NCBI GenBank assembly: GCA_040081625.1
Contig: JBEBGD010000134.1
Span: 1 to 13,064 of the forward strand
Reading direction: 5' to 3'
Source of the DNA: Chthoniobacteraceae bacterium
Lineage (GTDB): Bacteria > Verrucomicrobiota > Verrucomicrobiia > Chthoniobacterales > Chthoniobacteraceae
DNA: 13,064 bases
The first letter of the stretch is position 1, and every line of letters begins with the position of its first letter. A program made the translations under genes and the position numbers. Shown in pieces: positions 9,014 to 13,064 of this stretch. Under the pieces are notes generated by a model. The model was not told the DNA's origin. It searched no databases and saw nothing but the letters and a program-made list of their open reading frames with translations.

Positions 9014-9652
9014 ATGAAACGCCGAAGCCCCCACGCCTTCACGCTCATCGAGATGGTCACCGTCGTCGCGGTCATCATCGTGCTCGCCGGCATCGTCATG
9101 GGCGTCGCTGGATTTGTGCAGACCAAGGGAGCCCGCGAGAAGGGGCTCACGCAGCTCAAGAACATGCAGTATCAATGCGGCGCCTTCCGCGAGGACAACG
9201 GCGGCTACCCGGAGAACCAGGACACGACCAACCTCGACCCACGGGAGCATTTCAGCCCGATCAGCGGCGCCTCCGGCACGCTCTACATCGCGTCGAGTCG
9301 CTGGCTGTATTCGTGCCTGAGCGGCGATTTCGAGCCGGCCCTGAAACCCGACGGCCGGCCGGAGGAGAAGTCCTATTATCCGTTCAAGCGCGACGAATTG
9401 AACTTCAAGAAGGATGCCTCCGGCGGGATCGCGGAGGTGCGATACCTGCAGGATCCTTTCGGCAACAGCTACGCCTACTCCACGGCCGGCGCGCAGGCCG
9501 AGGCGGAGTATCGCAAGAAGCTCAAGCTCGACCCCACCACCGAGCGTCCGACCAAGGCAAAAGGCTACAACCCGACCTACGACCTCTGGTCCACCGGCAA
9601 CGGCACCACGTCCTCGCACACGGGCAAGTGGATCAAGAACTGGGGGAGCTGA
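9014..9652 (+). CDS. Prepilin-type N-terminal cleavage/methylation protein with GspG-like C-terminus (pilin/pseudopilin), ~212 aa
   Basis: MKRRSPHA|FTLIEMVTVVAVIIVLAGIV class III signal with Glu at +5; DPFGNSYAY and YDLWSTG motifs. An alternative start exists at 8996. Confidence 0.88.
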   Translation: MKRRSPHAFTLIEMVTVVAVIIVLAGIVMGVAGFVQTKGAREKGLTQLKNMQYQCGAFREDNGGYPENQDTTNLDPREHFSPISGASGTLYIASSRWLYSCLSGDFEPALKPDGRPEEKSYYPFKRDELNFKKDASGGIAEVRYLQDPFGNSYAYSTAGAQAEAEYRKKLKLDPTTERPTKAKGYNPTYDLWSTGNGTTSSHTGKWIKNWGS

Positions 9653-11360
9653 GCCGCGCCACTTCCACGGCGAGCAGGCAGACGTCGTCTTCGAAAATCC
9701 CGCTCCCGGAAAAGGTCTTCGCGTCGGCCAGCAGCGCATCGAGCAGGGCGTCGGCCGGACTGTGCAGATGCGCGCGCAGCGTCTGCTCGAATCGCCGGCC
9801 TTCGTAGAGATCGCCGTCCGGGCTTTCCACCTCCGACAGGCCGTCGGTGTAGAGCAGCAGCAGATCATCGGGCGCGAGCCGGACCTCGCTCGTCGCGTAG
9901 CGCGCGTCGGGCAGGATGCCGAGCGCGGTCGGGCGGCCACCCGCCGACATCGAGAGCTGTTCGCAGCGGGATTCCGCGCGCCGCAGGATGTAGGGCCGCG
10001 GCTGGCTGGCATTCGCGCAGCGGAGCACGCCGGTGCGCGTGTCGATCACCGCATACAGCGCGGTCGAGAAAATGACGGTGCCGCCGAGGTGCTTGAAGAT
10101 GGTCGTGTAGGTCGCGTTCAACTGCGTGAGAAATGCGCCGGGGTCGCCCGCGAGCGGGCGCAGTTGCTCGATCAACCCGCGCACCGTCGCCACCACCAAC
10201 GCCGCGCGGATGCCGTGGCCCATCACGTCGGAAATGAACAGCGCGACCTCGTGGTCCGAGAGCACGCGGATGTCGAAGAAATCGCCGCCGATCGTTCCAC
10301 TCGGGAAATAGAGATTGCGAATCCGGAGCTGCGCTTCGCCGGGCGCGGCGCCGGGCGGGAAGACCTGGAAGTCCGCGGGCAGAAAAGCGCGGTGCAACTC
10401 GGAGGCGATATTCAGGTCCTCCTGCATCTGCGCGTTTCGTTCGTGCAGCTCGGTTGCGTAGGCCTGGAGTTGCTGCTGCGCGCGTTTCTGCGGCGTCACG
10501 TCGAGCACCGAGAAGACCATGCCCACCGGCTCGCCGTCGGTGTTCAAGTTCGCGGCGACGGACACCTGGGCGAAGAACGCCGAGCCGTTCGCGCGCTTCA
10601 TCTCCAGTTCGCCCGACCACGTCCCGCCCGAGCCTGTCGTGTCGATCACTTCATCGACTGTCTCTGGCACACAGAGGAAATCGCGCAGGTCGTGCCCTTC
10701 AACCTCCGGCACCTCGGTGATCGCAAAATACGAAAGGAACGCCGGATTCCAATACTCGATCTGCCCGCCGAGGCCGGTGATAACGACTCCGCTGCTCGCG
10801 TTTTGCAGCGCGGTGTGGCCGGTGCGCAGGCGGTCCTCCTGCTCCTTGCGCAGCGTGATGTCGCGGACAAAAAAACTCAGGTGATCCGCCGCGCCGAGGT
10901 GGAGCCGGTTCACGGAAATCTCCGCGGGGAAATACGTGCCGTCGGTCCGCTGGCAAAATGCCTGCATGAGCACGAATCGATTCGCCTTCAGCGCCTCGAT
11001 GATCGTCGGCAGCAACGACTCATCGGTGCCGCAGATCAAGCCGAGCACGCTCTCGTGCGTGAGCTGGCCGGGCGCTGCGAGGAAGAACTGATTCGCGCGC
11101 ACGTTCACCATCACGATCGCGCCGCCGAGATCCGTGATGATCGCGGCGTCGTAGATGTTCTGGAGGAGCTGCTGGAAGTCCACCCCGCCCGCCGCGGCAA
11201 CCGCGCGCGGCTTGGGGATCGTGATGATCGGCCCCGTCCTTCGGCGCCCCTCGGAGCGCGGCTTGCCGCGTCTCGCCTCCTCGAGCATCTCCGGCGAAAG
11301 ATCGATCCGCATCGTGGTGCCGAGCGGATTGGCTGACGGTTCTGGCGGATCGTTGCTCAT
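9633..11360 (-). CDS. PAS-PAS-SpoIIE (RsbU/RsbP-like PP2C) serine phosphatase, ~575 aa
   Basis: Likely start MSNDPP at 11360. Two PAS folds (DAAIITDLGGAIVMVN..RTDGTYFPAEIS..RDITLRK and SGVVITGLGGQIEYWN..WSGE..DVTPQK), a coiled coil, then GGDFFD, SDVMGHG, YTDGLSE and EDDVC metal-binding motifs. Confidence 0.93.
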   Translation of the reverse strand: MSNDPPEPSANPLGTTMRIDLSPEMLEEARRGKPRSEGRRRTGPIITIPKPRAVAAAGGVDFQQLLQNIYDAAIITDLGGAIVMVNVRANQFFLAAPGQLTHESVLGLICGTDESLLPTIIEALKANRFVLMQAFCQRTDGTYFPAEISVNRLHLGAADHLSFFVRDITLRKEQEDRLRTGHTALQNASSGVVITGLGGQIEYWNPAFLSYFAITEVPEVEGHDLRDFLCVPETVDEVIDTTGSGGTWSGELEMKRANGSAFFAQVSVAANLNTDGEPVGMVFSVLDVTPQKRAQQQLQAYATELHERNAQMQEDLNIASELHRAFLPADFQVFPPGAAPGEAQLRIRNLYFPSGTIGGDFFDIRVLSDHEVALFISDVMGHGIRAALVVATVRGLIEQLRPLAGDPGAFLTQLNATYTTIFKHLGGTVIFSTALYAVIDTRTGVLRCANASQPRPYILRRAESRCEQLSMSAGGRPTALGILPDARYATSEVRLAPDDLLLLYTDGLSEVESPDGDLYEGRRFEQTLRAHLHSPADALLDALLADAKTFSGSGIFEDDVCLLAVEVARLSSPSS

Positions 11361-11424
11361 GGAAGGAGTTCGCTCGCGCGAACGTGATTGAGTGTCTGGT
11401 CGATGCCGTCGCGGCGCAATCCGC

Positions 11425-12963
11425 TTATTGCGCGCGGAGCTGACGGGCGACCGTGTATTCAACCGGGTTGAAGTCGTCGGTGAACCACGCCGCTGGGTCC
11501 GGCGCGACGACGGTGTCGATGCGCGTGGCGAGCAGCGCCGCCAGGTCCGGGTGCGCGGTCCGATTCTCCCGCAGCCAGGCGTCGGTGCGCGGCTCGAGTG
11601 GCTCCGCGGAAGCGACGATGATGAAATTCTGCTGCTCGGCTGGGTTGTGCGCCTTTGTGCCGTAGAGCTGCGTGTGCGGGAATGCGGCGCGCACGCCATT
11701 CATCACTCGCCAGAAAAGCTGCGAGCCCCCGCCCTGCGCCGTGGCGATGAGGTTCATCACGAAGACGCCGCCGGGCTTCAACCGCGCGCCGACTTCGCCG
11801 AAAAACTCGCGCGTCACGAGATGCGGCGGCACGAACTGCACGCCGTTGTAGGCGTCGCCGAACACGAAATCGAATCGGTCGTCCGATGTGCGCAGGTAGC
11901 GCCGCGCGTCGGCGGCGACGGCGTGGATGTTCGCAAACTCTGCGAGCCGGAAATACCTGCGGCCGACCCCGATCACCTCCGGGTCGATCTCGACCGCGGT
12001 GATCCGCGCGTCCGGAAAACGCAGCGACATCCGCTCGGGCATCCCGAACGCGCCAGCCCCGAGGAACACCGCGCGATCGAGCCGCGGGCAGAAGACCTCG
12101 GCGAGCCGCCAGTAGTGCTGGTAGCCGAAGACGAGTTCGCCGGTGGCAATGACCTGCGCACCTTCCATCGTCGAGTCGAGGTGCAGCGTGCGCACCGTAT
12201 CGGACTCGGTGACGCTGATGCGGTGATAGAATGTGTCCTTCGCGAACACGATCCCGGGCGCCAGCGGCGGCTCCTTCGCGCTCCACGCCGCGACTGCAAA
12301 GCCCGCGATCGCAATCGCCAGCAGCGCCGCCGATTTGCGCCGCGTGCGTGTATTCACGAGCACGAGCACCACGGCCAGCGCGCACAGCGTCACGCCGAGC
12401 CCGACAAAAATATGCCGCACGCCAAAGCGCGGGATGAGCACGTAGCTCGTCGCCAGCGTGCCCGCGAAACTCCCGAGCGCCGCCGCCATCCCGACCGTGC
12501 CCGCCGACTGCCCGATATGCTCGTCGCTGCGCGCGCGGCTCAGCAGCCGGATCGACACCGGCGTGATCGTCGCCAGCACCAGCCCCGGCAGAAAAAACAG
12601 CGCGAGCGACACGGTGATCGGTCCGGTCACGAGATCGAGCTTCTCAAACGACGGCCACAGCTTCACCAGCCCCGGCACCGCCGCGGTGAGCAGTCCGCCG
12701 AGGCCGAACATGAGCGGCAGCAGCGAAAAGCGCGGCACGCGATCGACCAGCCAGCCGCCGAGATAATCGCCGCAACTCAACGCGACGAGGATCACGCCGA
12801 TGAGGCCGGTCCACGTGTAGAGACTGTTGCCGAAGCCCGGCGAGAGCAGGCGATTGCCGGCGACCTCGACCAACATCACCGCGCCGCCGGAAAAAAAGGT
12901 AAGCCCGCGCAGCAGCCACGGGTGCAGGGATTCGGGCGGGGGGGACGACTTTTGGCTGCTCAT
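11425..12963 (-). CDS. Fused membrane (MFS-like) / spermidine-synthase-like SAM-fold protein, 512 aa
   Basis: About 7 hydrophobic helices with the E-x(4)-RLLSPGFGNS..W motif, followed by LGAGAFG, VEIDP, ADAR, FGDAY, HLVTREF and LKPGG motifs and a C-terminal TDDFNP. Confidence 0.88.
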   Translation of the reverse strand: MSSQKSSPPPESLHPWLLRGLTFFSGGAVMLVEVAGNRLLSPGFGNSLYTWTGLIGVILVALSCGDYLGGWLVDRVPRFSLLPLMFGLGGLLTAAVPGLVKLWPSFEKLDLVTGPITVSLALFFLPGLVLATITPVSIRLLSRARSDEHIGQSAGTVGMAAALGSFAGTLATSYVLIPRFGVRHIFVGLGVTLCALAVVLVLVNTRTRRKSAALLAIAIAGFAVAAWSAKEPPLAPGIVFAKDTFYHRISVTESDTVRTLHLDSTMEGAQVIATGELVFGYQHYWRLAEVFCPRLDRAVFLGAGAFGMPERMSLRFPDARITAVEIDPEVIGVGRRYFRLAEFANIHAVAADARRYLRTSDDRFDFVFGDAYNGVQFVPPHLVTREFFGEVGARLKPGGVFVMNLIATAQGGGSQLFWRVMNGVRAAFPHTQLYGTKAHNPAEQQNFIIVASAEPLEPRTDAWLRENRTAHPDLAALLATRIDTVVAPDPAAWFTDDFNPVEYTVARQLRAQ

Positions 12964-13064
12964 TCTTGATTGAAAACCAGCCCGATGATCTGCCAGCGCC
13001 GTTCGCTGAAGACGAGCGTGAAAAAATCGTAACCACGCACACGCTCGCGCCCGCGGTGCAGCTC
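12960..13064 (-). CDS. C-terminal end of a probable NTF2/SnoaL-like fold protein; 5' end lies outside the window
   Basis: Frame open from the window edge: ELHRGRERVRGYDFFTLVFSERRWQIIGLVFNQE*. Its TGA overlaps the next ATG (ATGA). The G-x-D-x-F-T-L..W-x-I pattern resembles the last beta-hairpin of NTF2-like proteins. Confidence 0.55.
   Translation of the reverse strand, partial: ELHRGRERVRGYDFFTLVFSERRWQIIGLVFNQE

Noticed and set aside
9414..12969. Plus-strand ORFs 9414-11336 and 11392-12969, and the extension of the phosphatase ORF to 11699
   Set aside because: They are shadow or overlapping frames of well-supported minus-strand genes.

Overview
High-GC bacterial chromosomal window with no phage, CRISPR, rRNA/tRNA or transposase. 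Gene style (SD-less starts, Ala(-1) prepilin, orphan pilC) suggests a PVC-group organism such as Verrucomicrobiota; this is inference only. Minus strand, left part: TPP-riboswitch-controlled thiC, a degenerate yjbQ-like remnant, then an overlapping cluster of two transglutaminase-like genes and a DUF2126-type putative amidoligase that runs off the window and is missing from the ORF track. Plus strand, middle: a GNAT-fold protein coupled to a Zn-dependent HDAC-family deacetylase, then pilC/gspF and a GspG-like prepilin. Minus strand, right part: the tail of an NTF2-like gene, a membrane-fused spermidine-synthase-like protein and a PAS-PAS-SpoIIE phosphatase. The most notable unannotated signals are: (i) a 53-bp GTAG-type REP doublet with compensatory stem changes lying in frame inside the DUF2126 gene; (ii) a 9-bp tandem repeat in frame in the same gene; (iii) a 6-bp-phased imperfect inverted repeat between the divergent thiC and GNAT genes; (iv) the yjbQ-like remnant behind thiC; (v) the acyltransferase/deacylase gene pair.
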